NCBI RefSeq assembly: GCF_006345805.1
Contig: NC_042997.1
Span: 129,332,001-129,396,000 of the forward strand
From: Octopus sinensis
Taxonomy: Eukaryota
Length of the DNA: 64,000 nucleotides
Direction: 5' to 3'
Positions within the stretch are counted from its first letter, which is position 1. Each line of letters begins with the position of its first letter. The translations under genes were made by a program, and so were the position numbers. The notes under the pieces were generated by a model that saw only the letters and a program-made list of their open reading frames with translations, made no database searches and was not told the origin of the DNA. Below are positions 16,318 through 29,603 of this stretch, in pieces.

Positions 16318-16990
16318 CATCATGATCATTTAACATCCATTGTTCATGCTTGCATGGGCTGGACAGTTTGACTAGGGCTGGTAAGCTGGAATGCTGCACC
16401 AAACTCCAATCTGATTTGGCTGATTCCCTAATACGAACCACTCTGAGAGTGTAATGGGTGCTTTTATGTCCCACTGGCACAGGTGCCATTTGCATAACAC
16501 CAGTATATGCCACGACTGTAATTTTGCTCAGCTTGAAGTCTGTCATTGCCTCCATGAGGCCCAACGCTTGAGGAACTCAGCCACTATGCCTCTGTGAGGC
16601 CCAACACTCAAAAAGTGCTCTTTACATGCCACCGGCACAGGTGCCAGTTATGTGACACCAGCATCAGCCATGACTACAATTTCACTTGGCTTGATGGGTC
16701 ATCTCAAGCACAGCATATTGCCAAAGGTCTTGGTCACTAGTCATTGTCTCTGTGAGGCTCAAAGTTCAAAGATCATGCTTCACCACTTCATCCCCATGTC
16801 TTCCTGGGTCTACCTCTACAACAGGTTCCCTCCACAGTTAGAGATCAGAACTTCTTTACACAGCTCTCCTCGTCTGTATGCATTAGACAACCATACCTGT
16901 GCAGTCGTCTCTCTTGCACACCACATCTGATGCCTCTTATGCCTAACTTTTCTATATGCACAACTGGTTCATTCACTTAATTTCCTCCTT
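16318..16990 (-). mobile_element. RTE LINE 3' end with family B tail
   Basis: Decayed translation RGIRCGVQERRLHRYG..M..DEESCVKK..SLTVEGTC.RGRPRKTW (16790-16940) continuing into the family B 3' tail ending in (GAT)n. Confidence 0.7.
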
Positions 16991-17599
16991 CCTCAAGAGA
17001 CCCCTACCACCTCTATAATGGCAGCTCTTCCTTGATGTTATTTACCTTCTTACTACCCAAAACCATTTCACTCTTTGTCCACCCTTCATCCATTTATACT
17101 GTTCTCTCCACCCACACGTTCATTGATCACCTCCAACCATTGAATCACCAAATTATCTCTACTCTCCCACCAACATATATCTCTCACCTTCCTCATGCAC
17201 TATACCCGTCTCTCTCTTCTTCACCCAATCTTGCAACCTACCCAACATTATCCCTCTCTCATCCTTCTGTCTACTATTTTATCATTATTATTCTGCTCTG
17301 CACTATCAGTTATCTCCTACTCTCTCTCCACTCACTCCTGATCCCTCTACCTGACTCATTTCTACTCACCTTGTACCTTGGAAGTCCACCCTCATCACCA
17401 TAATGTTTCTTTATCACTTTCCAGCTCTAGTCAATCACTCGCACACTCTCTTCTAAACTGTAAAGAGTCATGTAGCTCCTCTACGGCAAAAATTATTTTT
17501 TACTCTGAGCTCCTACTTTCATACTTATACCCATCATCTAGCATAAAGTCACTCCCTCATGATATGTGGTCTTAAAAATTGTATAGTAATCTTAGTAGT

Positions 17600-17790
17600 G
17601 CTGGTGGCACGAAAAAAGTACTTAGTACATGCTGTAAAGTGACTGACACTAGGAAAGGAATCCAGGCATAGAAACCCTGCCAAAGCAAACATTGGAGTAC
17701 AATGCAGTTCTTCAGCCCATCAGATCCTGTAAGACTATCCAACCCATGTGAGCATGGAACATGGACATTGAATGATGATGAATTTACATA
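17600..17790 (+). mobile_element. Family B tail repeat
   Basis: ggaaaggaatccagg...ccaacccatg...ggacattgaatgatgatg. Confidence 0.55.
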
Positions 17791-18797
17791 CAGCATTTAA
17801 TGAATTCAGGGGTTATACATGAACTACTTCATGTTTCATGTTCAGATAGTTCAGTAATTGAACAGGCTTGTATAGCATAGCATTCAGGCTCAAATGACAT
17901 GGCTATTTGGTGAGAAAAAGATGAGAAAGTGTTGAGTGTTTACATCTAAAATAAGTGGAAGAAGTCGAATGGGGGTAAAGGCTAAAATGCATTTAAATTG
18001 TGTGTCTAACTGGGTGGGTGTCTTCCAGTTTGATAACAGAAACTTATAAGGATGCATACATTTTATAAAAAAACCTAATCCTGGGTTTAAAAGGTCAGTG
18101 TATTTCTTCAAACTAATAAGGATGTGTGTTCTTTCATCTATAGAGAGTTTGCACCTTTTTTTCTTTTTTGTAGGTAAAAAATTCCTAGCCTTGATAGATA
18201 AACATTTCCTTGATAGCCATAGAAAATCTTTAATAGACATTCTCTGAATGTTTCCTACAGCTATCCATCTCATATTAAAAGAAATATCTCATTTAATATG
18301 GCAAGAGATATATCTTCAATAGTTATAAATACGAACAGAAGAGGGAGATGACTGGTTGAACTTAAAATATTCCTTCAGATGAAAAATATCTAAAAAAAAC
18401 TTAGTAAATCATGCTATATTAAAAAGACAAAAAGAGATCCTCATCTCTGTCTTACAGATAAAAACAAATATTTCATTTGTAGTAATCCATAATCTTAGAA
18501 ACCATAACATCTTACACTTGATCAAATAATACCTTCCAATCGTACACTAATCATCAAATTTCAGTAAAATAATTAAAGAATAACAAATTATCAACGGCTG
18601 AAGACAATCACCAAATCTTAAAAGACTCTTAACAAAGGAAAAATTCACATCAGAATAAATAATGCAGGTAGGTGACAGAATGTGGAGACCTTTGATATGG
18701 GACATGCAAAATAATTGAACAAGGCATCAAGAATGAGAAAGAACTAAAGATTAATGTAAATATCAATTGCATAACAAAAATTGTTTTACTCTACAGC

Positions 18798-18997
18798 CTG
18801 ACTGGCCCTTGTGCCGGTGGCACATAAAAGCACCCACTACACTCTTGGAGTGGTTGGCATTAGGAAGAGCATCCAGCTGTAGAAACTCTGCCAGATCAGA
18901 CTGGAGCCTGGTGCAGCCATCTGGTTCACCAGACCTCAGTCAAATCATCCAACCCATACTGGCATGGAAAGCGGACGTTAAACGATGATGATGATGA
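18798..18997 (+). mobile_element. Family B tail repeat
   Basis: gcacccactacactcttggagtggttggcattaggaagagcatccagctgtagaaac...gcggacgttaaacgatgatgatg. Confidence 0.75.
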
Positions 18998-19749
18998 TAA
19001 TGCCCCATTACAATGGGAGCTATATCAACCAAACAGAATCAAAATTAATACATTGAATTAGGATACATAAGCAACAAATCAAACATTCATCTCTTAGAAA
19101 TGTTCCATGTAGTGAACATCTAGGCATCTGTGTGAATAGAAAATTCAAAATATTTCTTTTACTTTTCAAAATAAAAGAAAAAAATAATCAACTATGAAAT
19201 GCAAATGAAAATTACTTTATAAAAATTCTAAAACTAAACAAGAATCAGTCAACATTACTATTAAAAACAATTTCCTCTATACAGAATGCCCCATAACATG
19301 TATGTTTGAAAAGCTGTAAACAGCAACAGTGCTTACACATTATGAATGCTACTTTCCAAAAGACTTGTTTCATTCTGTTATTTTTCATAATTTTTTATAT
19401 AATTAATAGTTTTTTTTAATTTGAGAAACTCTTAAATTTTATGACTATAGTAAGAATTTCCTAAGAACTTAAGTGTGTGTGTGAGAGAGAGAGGGGGAGG
19501 GAGAGAGACTCCAATTAAAACTGTCTTGGATACTGGCACATCATTTTACCTATTTTGGCATACTGACTCACCTCATAACTAGGGCCACCTACTCAGCCAA
19601 CCCCATTACCATCATGTCCCTCCTCTCCTTCACACTAATCTCTGACATTATTCTTTCTCTTCCTTTCTCCTCTGTCTTCATTAATCCCATCTCAGCACTA
19701 TTCCTTCTATTATTCTCTACACTACCATCTGCTCACAATAAATCTGTCC

Positions 19750-20300
19750 CATCCACCATGGGAGCTATTTAACTTTGTAAGCTACAAGGAAACTTCAACA
19801 GTGCTGGTTCCACAAAAAGTACACAGTACACTCTGTAAATGGTCCAAATTATACCAGTTAATACCCAATGTACCCCACATGCTTTTCTGAGTTGCATATC
19901 ATTGTGCCCTCCCTTACAGGTCTTACTTTCATAAACATCTATCATTTTCTTTCCATCACTTTCTTGATTATAACAAACCATAACTATCTCTGATGTAGTG
20001 GATCACACAACCATTACATCATTGCTTCTATGTTCAAATGACACTCTGAACCACATTCAGAGAAGGGCCATCATCTGTTTTTAAATCACTTACTGACACA
20101 TTCTAGTAGCAACCCACAGATTGTGTGCTTTCTCTGCCTTTTCTATCATTATTATAATGGCATCTGTTCCTCTGAGCTGGTTATTCTCATACCCATACTC
20201 CAAGTTAGCGGAAACTGGAAGATAGAGATCAAGGAAGACACAGGACAAAGTAATGAAGATTGATCTGAAGAAGCTGCATCTCACACAGAGGATAACAAAA
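19750..20300 (+). mobile_element. Highly degraded CR1-like LINE 3' fragment
   Basis: Remnant ...LNHIQRRAII...HRLCAFS.F..... similar to the fragments at 7.0 and 54.5 kb. Confidence 0.35.
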
Positions 20301-20699
20301 AACCATACTGATTAGATATGCTCGGTGCTAGAGCAGATCCATCCATCCACACAAGTATGGTGAGACATGTTGAAATAAGGGTAGTGATGGAGGCTGGTAT
20401 CAAAATGTTTGAAAATGTATATGTGTGTGTGTGTGTCCATCCATCTTGAGGTTACAGGATAGTTGTAAATGAGTGTCACTATCATATATGCAGTGTCATT
20501 CATTTCCAATCTTCCACAGAAACTTGTCTAGTCATGAGGGAATATTATCTTGCTTAGCAACAAGTAAAGGTTAGCAAAAGGAAGGGCATCTAGCTATAGA
20601 AAATCTGCCTCACTGAATGCCAGCCAACCCATACATGCAAGCACATAAAAGTGTATGGTAAAACAACAATGGCAATGATGATGATGATGATCAATATAG

Positions 20700-21245
20700 T
20701 AGCAGTAGTAAAAAACTCTAAGGAGAGCTAAACAGCAGAAGGTCTTCAGAGAAGAAGCTCTCCTCATGCAAGTGTCTTGACCCTTAACTCCTTACTCTCT
20801 AAAGAAGCTGGGCTGCATTTAGCACATGACTCCAGGATACTCCCCTGCGGTCACATTCTGTGCTATTGCCTGCCCTGCAACCCTCCTGGGTGGTAAAGGT
20901 GCCCCAGATCCAAAGTACTAATCAATTTAGTCAAAGATGCCAGTTGATTGTAAGATAAATTATGCCATTTGAAATTCATTTCCATTCCTTCTTGACCAGA
21001 TCCAGTTGGAACTCTTCTCACTCAGCTGCTTCTACCATTGTCTTAAGAGCTCATTTTCTTTCTCCCAGAAATTGAAAGCTTCTTCAGGAGACCATATGCA
21101 GAATTGCCCACAAACCCTCCTTTGCCTACCTCTATGGCAAGGTTTGGGAACCAGATTCTCTCAGCCGGATGAATAGACTGCCGTATCTTTTGGTCTTGTA
21201 GATGTGGGCTTCCTTCATTCTGCTTTCATAAGGCTCAGTGAGTCC
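20700..21245 (-). mobile_element. Hero-like non-LTR retrotransposon, 3' fragment (restriction-like endonuclease end plus 3'UTR)
   Basis: Decayed translation LTEPYESRMKEAHIYKTKRY...IEVGKGGFVGNSAYGLLKKLSISGR...EAAE. Confidence 0.6.
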
Positions 21246-21272
21246 AATGTGCATGTGTGTGTGTTATGTGTG

Positions 21273-21313
<41 letters not shown>

Positions 21314-21315
<2 letters not shown>

Positions 21316-21836
21316 CACAGGAGTGGCTATGTGGTAAGTAGCCTGCTTGCAAACCACATGGTTCTGTGTGCAATACGTGGCACCTTGGGCAAGTGTCTTC
21401 TACTATAGCCTTGGGCCAACCAAAGCCTTGTGAGTGGATTTGGTTGACAGAAACTGAAAGAAGCCCATTATCATCACCATCATCATCATTTAACGTCCGC
21501 TTTCCATGCTGGCATGGGTTGGATGATTCGACTGAGGACTGGCGAACCAGATGGCCGCACCAGGCTCCAATCTGATCTGGCAGAGTTTCTACAGCTGGAT
21601 ACCCTTCCTAATGCCAAAATATGTATGTATGTGTGTGTGAGTTTGTCCCACAACATCGCTTGACAACTGATGCTGGTGTTTTTACATCCCCGTAACTTAG
21701 CAGTTCAGCAAAAGAGGCCGATAGAATAAGTACTAGGCTTACAAAGAATAAGTCCTAGGGTCGATTTCTTCGACTAAAGGAGGTGCTCCAGCATGGCCAC
21801 AGTCAAATGACTGAAACAAGTCAGAGAGTAAAGAGT
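21314..21836 (+). mobile_element. Family A SINE with a nested family B tail (21467-21617, - strand)
   Basis: SINE body is split after gaaactgaaagaagccc by attatcatcaccatcatcatcatttaacgtccgc...ccttcctaatgccaa and then resumes. Confidence 0.85.
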
Positions 21837-21849
21837 ATACATTTGCAGA

Positions 21850-23790
21850 TGCAATACTCAGGCACATTATCTTTGCTGTAACTTGGAGTCACTGGGTGTT
21901 TCAAGTCTTACAATATACACCTTCATCCAAGTAAATTGACTTAGGTTGATCAAAGTTGTGCCAAAGTGGCATTACTAAGGGAATGATCTTCAAATCCTTA
22001 ACTGCCCACCTCCACTAGCAAACATCTGGTCCTCCATCCCTTCCCGTTACAGGCTTCCAGAAAATCCTAGTACTTTGCTTTCATCCTCTTTCATGCATCC
22101 TCCAACTTCTTTCCTGAGGGTACAGTCAACTTCAGTCAGATAAGCCATCTTATTTCCTCAGAAACTAAGATGATATCTGGCCTTAACAAGGACTGACAGA
22201 AATTTTAACCGTTTCTCTTTCTTTATTCAGTTATGTGCTGAGGAGAGCAAACCATTGAAGCTATTGATTCTTTTCTTCAGCCCAATCTCCTGGCTATGGG
22301 AGGGTATTTTTGCTGTCACTGATCCCTTTGCAGATTGCTTCAGCAATAGTCTTGAGGGTCTGCAAATAATAACTGTGATTAGTTTCCTTCACCTTGTCCA
22401 AGATGCGTTCAAGTATTCGTCTTAGAAGATAAGGGGCATGTAGATGTTTCCCCTACAGACCATGTAAGTAGGTTGAATGGACTGGGAGATCATAGACCCT
22501 CACCACCAAAACAAGAACTTATCCTCTGAGAGTTCCACTTCCAGACGTCCTACCAGCTAACAGCCTGCTCTATAGGCTCCCACTTCATCCAAGCAACCTG
22601 TTTCAACAATACTATCACTCTGCTAGCTGGCTCTTTCTCCACTAACACATGCACTTCCTTCTACTATTCCTTCATATAATATCAGGTTGTTTTGCAGACC
22701 AGTTTTACCCTATATAACACTCCCAAGAAGGGCCTTGTGTTTCAGCCACTCCACTGCATATAGACTCCTATGGCTGCTTTCTACTTCCTCCCAGTTGATG
22801 ACACCTGCATTTGACACTTAGATGTCCCTTGAACCATATGCTACAATGTCCCTGTCACCATGAATTCCTCCCTGAGAGAATTCAATGGAAGCCTGAGCTT
22901 GTTACTGCTTCCATACAATCCAATATAACTGTCTGCAAAGATGGATACTTACTTTATGCTCAAAACCCTCCACTGTCAGGGGGACTTCATAGATGTGCAA
23001 GGTCAGAGGATTCTTAGGAGGATCCCATGCTGGTAAAACTAGGTATCTTTCCAGTATCCCTATAGCTCTCAACCAGGTCCTGATCACTTTGATGAAGACA
23101 GCTGTTGACACTTTCCACAACTCTTACTGGTTTTTCTGTGACAACAGAATCCAGTCTTTTCCCATATTAAAGCAGAATCTGTTGATAATTTTCCCTTTCT
23201 CCAAAACCATACAGCAGGATTTTGTGGGTTTGAAACTCTTTCACCTTATGCCATGAGCTTCTCTAACTCCTGGAATATCCACTGTAGCTCCCCACGCTGT
23301 TGTTGTCATTGTGGGGTTGTCCATGAAGGATCTGATGGGTAGTTAGATTACAACTGATTTAGTCCAATACTCCTTTTCTGCTGTCTTGACCAGCATGCTA
23401 ATCACCAACATGATGAGGGAGACTGAGATAGTATACCCAGTAATTATTCCAACTTCTAGCTGGTGACAGTAAAATGTCATCTGGCCAGAGGAAACCCTCA
23501 AATTGAACTTACTGTAAAATAGTCAATGACAGTCTCACTTTCAGGAGCATATGGTGTCTCACTGATAAAACTTTTTTTATTGACTTGTCTAATACAGAAC
23601 TATAAGTATTGGACACATCAAACCAGAGTACAGCCAGATCCCTTCCCTCCTTTCTTGCCTCTTTGATGAGCTGGGTTACCATGCATGTGTGTTCATGATA
23701 GCCAGGAATTCCTGGTATGCTTCACTTTTATAATGATGTGTCAACTATTCAGCAGAAAGAAAACATCTGCTGGTTGATCCCAGCTCCCTC
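21850..23790 (-). mobile_element. Degraded Hero-clade (R2 superfamily) non-LTR retrotransposon
   Basis: RT remnants PGIPGYHEHTCMVTQLIKEARKEGRDLAVLWFD, LEVGIITGYTISV, PIRSFMD; REL endonuclease LRPDIILVSEE..LI.LKLTVP...KAKY...C..KGWRTRCL.VEVG; many stops and frameshifts. Confidence 0.85.
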
Positions 23791-24049
23791 CTCTTAAGGT
23801 AAACTTTCAGCATATTTCCATGACTGAGCAATCATTCCCTCCTCCCAATCGCCTTCAGGGCCATCCAAAGCCAATGAAGTAGCTTTGGGTGGCTTTTACA
23901 GAACTCGTAAGAGATTTCACTTGGGCCTGGAACCAAGCTACATCTCACCCACTCTACCACTTTTTCATTCAGTGGGATCAAAGTGAGATCCTTATGGTTG
24001 TAAATTTGGCCTGTGTGCATGTGTGTGTATGGAGAGAGAGACATACTCA

Positions 24050-24378
24050 AAATGATCTGCCCATAACAGAACAGAATTGATATCCTAAAACCACCTTGGT
24101 AATGCACGCCCATGACAGGTGCTGGTGCCATGTAAAAAGCGCTGGTGCTAGTGAAACATAAGAAGTACAGATGTGGTCTCACACACAAAGCAATGGTGCT
24201 GGTGCCACATAAAAAAGCACTGGTACACTCTGTAAAGTGGTTGGCTTTAGGAAGGGTGTCCAACTGTAGAAACCAAGCTAAAATAGACTATGGGACCTGA
24301 TGTGGTTCTTGACCTTGGCAGCTCCTGTCAGTCCAACCCATGCCAGAATGACAAATGGACATTAAATGATGATGATGA
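24050..24378 (+). mobile_element. Family B tail repeat
   Basis: gtggttggctttaggaagggtgtccaactgtagaaac...ggacattaaatgatgatgatgat. Confidence 0.6.
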
Positions 24379-24466
24379 TACACACTTTCATTTAATATAT
24401 ATATATATATATATATACGCACACACAAACGATGATCACACACACACACGTAAATTATATATATAC

Positions 24467-24467
<1 letters not shown>

Positions 24468-24541
<74 letters not shown>

Positions 24542-24550
24542 CAGACAGAC

Positions 24551-24615
<65 letters not shown>

Positions 24616-24624
24616 CAGACAGAC

Positions 24625-24689
<65 letters not shown>

Positions 24690-24754
24690 CAGACATAGAT
24701 AGATAGATAGATAGACACACAGACAGACAGACACAGATAGATAGATAGATAGAT

Positions 24755-24792
<38 letters not shown>

Positions 24793-24925
24793 CAGATAAA
24801 TAGACAGACAGACAGGTACACAGAAGATAGATAGGCAGATACATAGATTGACAGATACATAGATACATACATAGACAGATACATAGATAAACAGATAGAT
24901 ACATACATAGACAGGCAGACAGGCG
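24468..24925. repeat. (GATA)n/(GACA)n compound microsatellite
   Basis: Direct reading; source of the IYLS ORFs. Confidence 0.95.
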
Positions 24926-25339
24926 CACATGTGAGATGTATGTATGTATGTGTGAATTAATTTTAAATGCATCTCATAATTCACAATCATGAGTGCTCAG
25001 TAGTTTGGTATATGAACTAGGGCTCAATGAATTCGCATGTAAGTGGCTGTATATTCCACAGACACATGTACTCTTAACCTTTTTCATGCCAACCTAGATG
25101 GAGACAAGATGACAAGACTGTACGTTTGAATTTCAGGTACAATCCAACTAACAGGCTTGTACACGGTTTCTGTCTATACAATTTCATTCCCAAGGTACAG
25201 GTCAACCGGAATTCATAAAAAATTACCCTTGCCCAAGATGTCATGCAACAAAATCAAAACTGGGACCTCATGATTATGAAGCCAATTTCTTCGCCATTTA
25301 GTAATAGTGCGCACACACACACATGTATGTGTGTGTATG

Positions 25340-25394
<55 letters not shown>

Positions 25395-25813
25395 AAAAAG
25401 AGAATTTCATAAGTAGAGATTCTCTCTACACATATATGCACATGCATACATAATAGACAGATTGATGGATATCCATTTTTTGAGAGAAAGAACTATATGT
25501 GCGGGTCAATGCATGTATGTCGTATGTATATATATGTGCATATATATATTTACGTATATATATTGCATGTATGAGTGTGTGTGTGTGTATATATATTGCA
25601 TGTATGAGTGTATATATGTGTGTGTGTATATATTGCATATATGAGTGTATATATGTGTGTATATATATATATATATTATATATGCTGAAAGCGAGAGGTA
25701 CTATGTATATATTCAGGGGTTTAAGTTGAGAGAAAGGAAGAGTACATATAAATTACAATAATTATGAATAAAAAAATATGTGCTTAGTCTATGGAGGTTG
25801 TTACAGAATAGAG

Positions 25814-28200
25814 ACTTACTGTTGGTGGGAGGCTTATCACAAGATAGTATTGCAGCCAGATAGAAGTTAAATCACAAGTAACTGTTCTCTATATACAGTA
25901 GTCACTAACTGTCGAATTGTGGCGAATACAATATATGGTTGAGATATAATAATTAACCAGTTAAACAGGTCACAGCTCACTGCTTTTATACATTCATTCA
26001 CAACTGGTAGAAGATTACGGAATGTGGATTGCATAGAAATGACTACATTGCCAGAGATGAGAGCAGATATAGAGGTCGGTGTATAATGCAACGAGTAAGG
26101 AATGGTGATAATTAATATATATAAGGCTGTGTCGTAATATAATATAACGAAAAAGTCACCTCTTCACAGCAGTCACTTAGAAGCAATGTCAACAACTGAA
26201 TACAGGATATAAACAAGTTATAGTCCTGACGAATGCATCAGCTATATTATGTGTGTGTGTAACTAGAGAGAGGTAGAGATTTGTAGGTAGGTTGTTGCAC
26301 TAGAGAGAGAGAGAGAGGGGTGGTGAGAGGTAGCAATAATAATAATGAAGATAATAATAATAATAATAATTATAATAATAATAATAATGATAATAATTAA
26401 AACAGCAACAATGGAAGGTGAATGGTGAAATAACAACTTCGTGAAAAAAAACCAGTCTTATCAAGAGAGTAAGTCGTTATGAAATAATCTGAAGTGAGTA
26501 GTTTGGTAACATGGCCAGACACAATAGGAAAATATTTTGTTCGGTTATTTACTAACCTAGACCAGTTCTTAACTAAATATTTACTCTAATCATAATGGAT
26601 GATTCATATTTATCAGCTGAGTCTATTTTGGTTTCGCTGTTCTGTCCTTAACTGACAGTCGATTGTGTTGTTCTATATTAAGTCAATCTAGTCTAATTCG
26701 GTAAAATCCGTCTGCGACCAACCTATTAATTAACAATCGACGACCCTCTAGAAGTAAGGATCAAGGGTTCCAGACAACATATTTGGGCAGGACGAATTTT
26801 AATCACAGACAATACGTATTTCACCTGAGTAATGCAGATGCCATATATATATGCGTGTGTTTAATTGGTATTAAGATATTATGACCCTTTTTACTATCAA
26901 ACACTCAATTTGGATGGGCTAGATCAGAATTCCTCAGTTTATTCCGAGTTTTAAAAAATATCTGCCACGCCACACCAACAACAACCATCTGTCAATCAAT
27001 AAGTTTAGTGCTGAGACTATCGATCTGAAGTTAAGCTGTTGAAGAAAGCTTCAAACCGGCTTTTATTACTGTTTACTGGAACGGAATCAACAAGTCTGTG
27101 TTAGGATTGAGATAGGACAGATTGTCTTCGCTGAAAAATAGAATATTGAATAAATAAATTTAAATAATCTATCGAGTAATTCTCGTCGTCTTCCTGCTAG
27201 AAGAATATTGACAAAGGATTTGCTAACAATTAACAGCAAGTTTATTTCCCTTCTAAAACATTCATAAATCGTTAAGTACATAAATTAATAATGTTTACAA
27301 TCAGTTCCCCCGATTGACTACTGAGAGTTTTGTTGTTCTATATGTAAGTTTTAATTTCATTTTGGTTGAAGGAAGATTGCTATTGATTTATTTGATTTGT
27401 TTTTAAAGTATGTTAAGTCATTATCCCTTTAATATATCGTGAGTGAATGCAAAGTAGTTAGAATAAGAGAAAATAACTAAATGTAAACTGCTGAGAAGAT
27501 TATAGAAAGTTATATTATAGTAATAAACCTAAAACCATTAGAATAGAGTTGCAAGTTGGGGAAAAATGCCTACCGATGACGTCTGAGGGCTCTGTAGTTT
27601 GTCGAGTTTTTGCCATGTTTGAAGTGTACTCTAGCCTCTAGTAGATTCATCCCTTATCTGCTCGACATTGTTCACTTTCCCACAGCTAAATAACTGCTGT
27701 GAAATATACTACTGCTCACTTACGTATGTACCTGACTATCGACACAAATCCGGGAAACACTTTCAATCTCGAAGTAAAACTGACGAAGTGCAACTCAACA
27801 ATGGTCCTGTTATTGATTTTAATTATCTCGCAACATGTGCTGGCACTTATCTTGTTATTTTTTTTTTTTAAGGTGAATGAGTTTGCAAAAAATAAAATTT
27901 ACATCTATATAAACATGGGACTATTTTATCAAAACTTCCTTTTCTTTCTTCCGTCGATTGTAAAGATAACAAAAAATATAACATTCGTAGTAAAAATATA
28001 ATAGAAATGTAAACAGGTTTTTAATAAAACCGAGAGGGCAAGAGTGAGGAAGGGAGATAACTGGACACATTTCAGCACATTTCAGCCATATTTCAGCACT
28101 TTCTCTTTTGTAATCTACTTTCTTTTTGTATAATAAACGAAGACTTCATAGTACGCAAGAAATGGTGGCACGATTGACGTGTTAATATCTCTGGGAAACA
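25814..28200. promoter_or_regulatory. CpG-enriched, TE-free zone; possible promoter or first exon(s) of an unidentified gene
   Basis: Visibly more CpG than flanks, no recognisable TE, minus-strand donors ACA|GTAAGT (25819) and CAG|GTGAAA (26824), CRE-like TGACGTC at 27577-27583. No coding exon recognised. Confidence 0.3.
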
Positions 28201-29035
28201 TTACTTACTCCCGCGCAATTAACAACTAAAGTGCCTTTTGTTGTTATTGTTTCTTTTAATATACTAAAATTCCTGTCCCATTTGCTTCATTATTGTTGGA
28301 GTTTTATCACATGATAGTATGATAGTGGTTGTTAGAACAAGGAACCTTATACAGAATTTACATATCTGTGAAGTGGTTGGAATACTTGACATACTGGAAC
28401 TGAAAGATAAAAGTTCTACACACGTGTTTGTAGAGCCATTTCAGACTTGTTAGAAAATATTACTTAGCTAAAGGTTTAATTAACAATTTCTCAAAAAAGT
28501 AGTCTTTAATTTGCCAGTTGGAGTGATAAACTTTAATACAGTTCGTTCCCCGCTTTTGCACCACTTTCTTCAACTATACATTTTTTTTAATGGTGCCTTT
28601 GTGGGTCCTCCACAACTGATCAAATTGTTGTTGATGGTCAGTTTCAACAACTCTTAATTCAACATCTTCAGAAAAAAAATGAGAGGGAATTCCAGTGAAT
28701 TGACAGTCTGGAGACTAAAAAATTGATTTGAAACTTTCAATAATCGTTAAAGGGTGTGGTAAAAGATTTTTTATGGACAATTAACACATACATTAATGAG
28801 ATACAATTTACATTTCTTTATGATAGAAAAATTTAATTTATAAGACATCATCATCAAGAGGATGAATGAATCATCTTAAGTGTATATGTAATCTCCTAAA
28901 TTACTGTTTTACTGGATTACAATATTAAAGTTCATTTAGGAAATAACAACCCCAGTTATAAATAACAATTGCAAGTGAAATATAATGTTGTGCTTAGGTT
29001 TCATAATCCTTTCAAGTTCATCTTGCAATTAGTGC

Positions 29036-29603
29036 ATTCATCATCATCATTTAACGCCCATTGTCCATGCTGGCATGGGTTGGACAGTTTGATTGGGCTG
29101 GTACACTGGAAGGCTGTGCCAGGCTCCAGTCTGATTTGGTATGGTTTTCTATGATTGGATGCCCTTCCTAACGCCAACCACTCTGGTATGGGTGCCATTT
29201 GCATGACACTGGTATCTGCTGCGACTGTGATTTTGCTTGGCTTGCTGGGTCTGCTTCTCAAGCACAACATAATGCCAAAGGTCTTGGTCATTGCCTCCAT
29301 AAGGCCCAACACTTGAAAGGAACTCAGCCACTTTACTCCCATTGGGCCCGATGCTTGAAAGGAACTCAGCCACCTTGCTTCTGTGAAGCCCAACACTCGA
29401 AAGGAACTCAGCCACTTACCTCTATGAGACTGAACACTCAAAGGAACTCAGCCACTTGCTTCCATGAAGTCCAATGCTTGAAATGAACTCAGCCACTTGC
29501 CTCCATGAGGCCCAATGCTTGAAAGGAACTCAGCCACTTGCTTCAATGAGACCCAACACTCAAAGGGAACTCAGCCACTTGCCTCCATGAGACCCAACGC
29601 TTG
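29036..29603 (-). mobile_element. RTE 3' end (family B) with an expanded ~41-bp minisatellite
   Basis: (GAT)n tail at 29036; DQDLWHYVVLEK RTE C-terminal remnant; seven gaactcagccac-containing units about 41 bp apart in 29306-29603. Confidence 0.75.

Noticed and set aside
17890-18760. 127-aa ORF in unique-looking sequence, possible exon of the leftward gene
   Set aside because: No recognisable motif, and the splice-site pairs I tried gave stop codons; left unassigned.
24288-24990. IYLS-repeat ORFs of 157-206 aa
   Set aside because: Translation of the (GATA)n/(GACA)n microsatellite.
27699-28001. 100-aa hydrophobic ORF in the CpG-enriched zone
   Set aside because: Hydrophobicity comes from T-rich sequence; no downstream exons or homology recognised.
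29306-29603. Regularly spaced short repeats suggestive of a CRISPR array
   Set aside because: The sequence between conserved cores is itself repeated (no unique spacers), no cas genes, eukaryotic context; it is a minisatellite.
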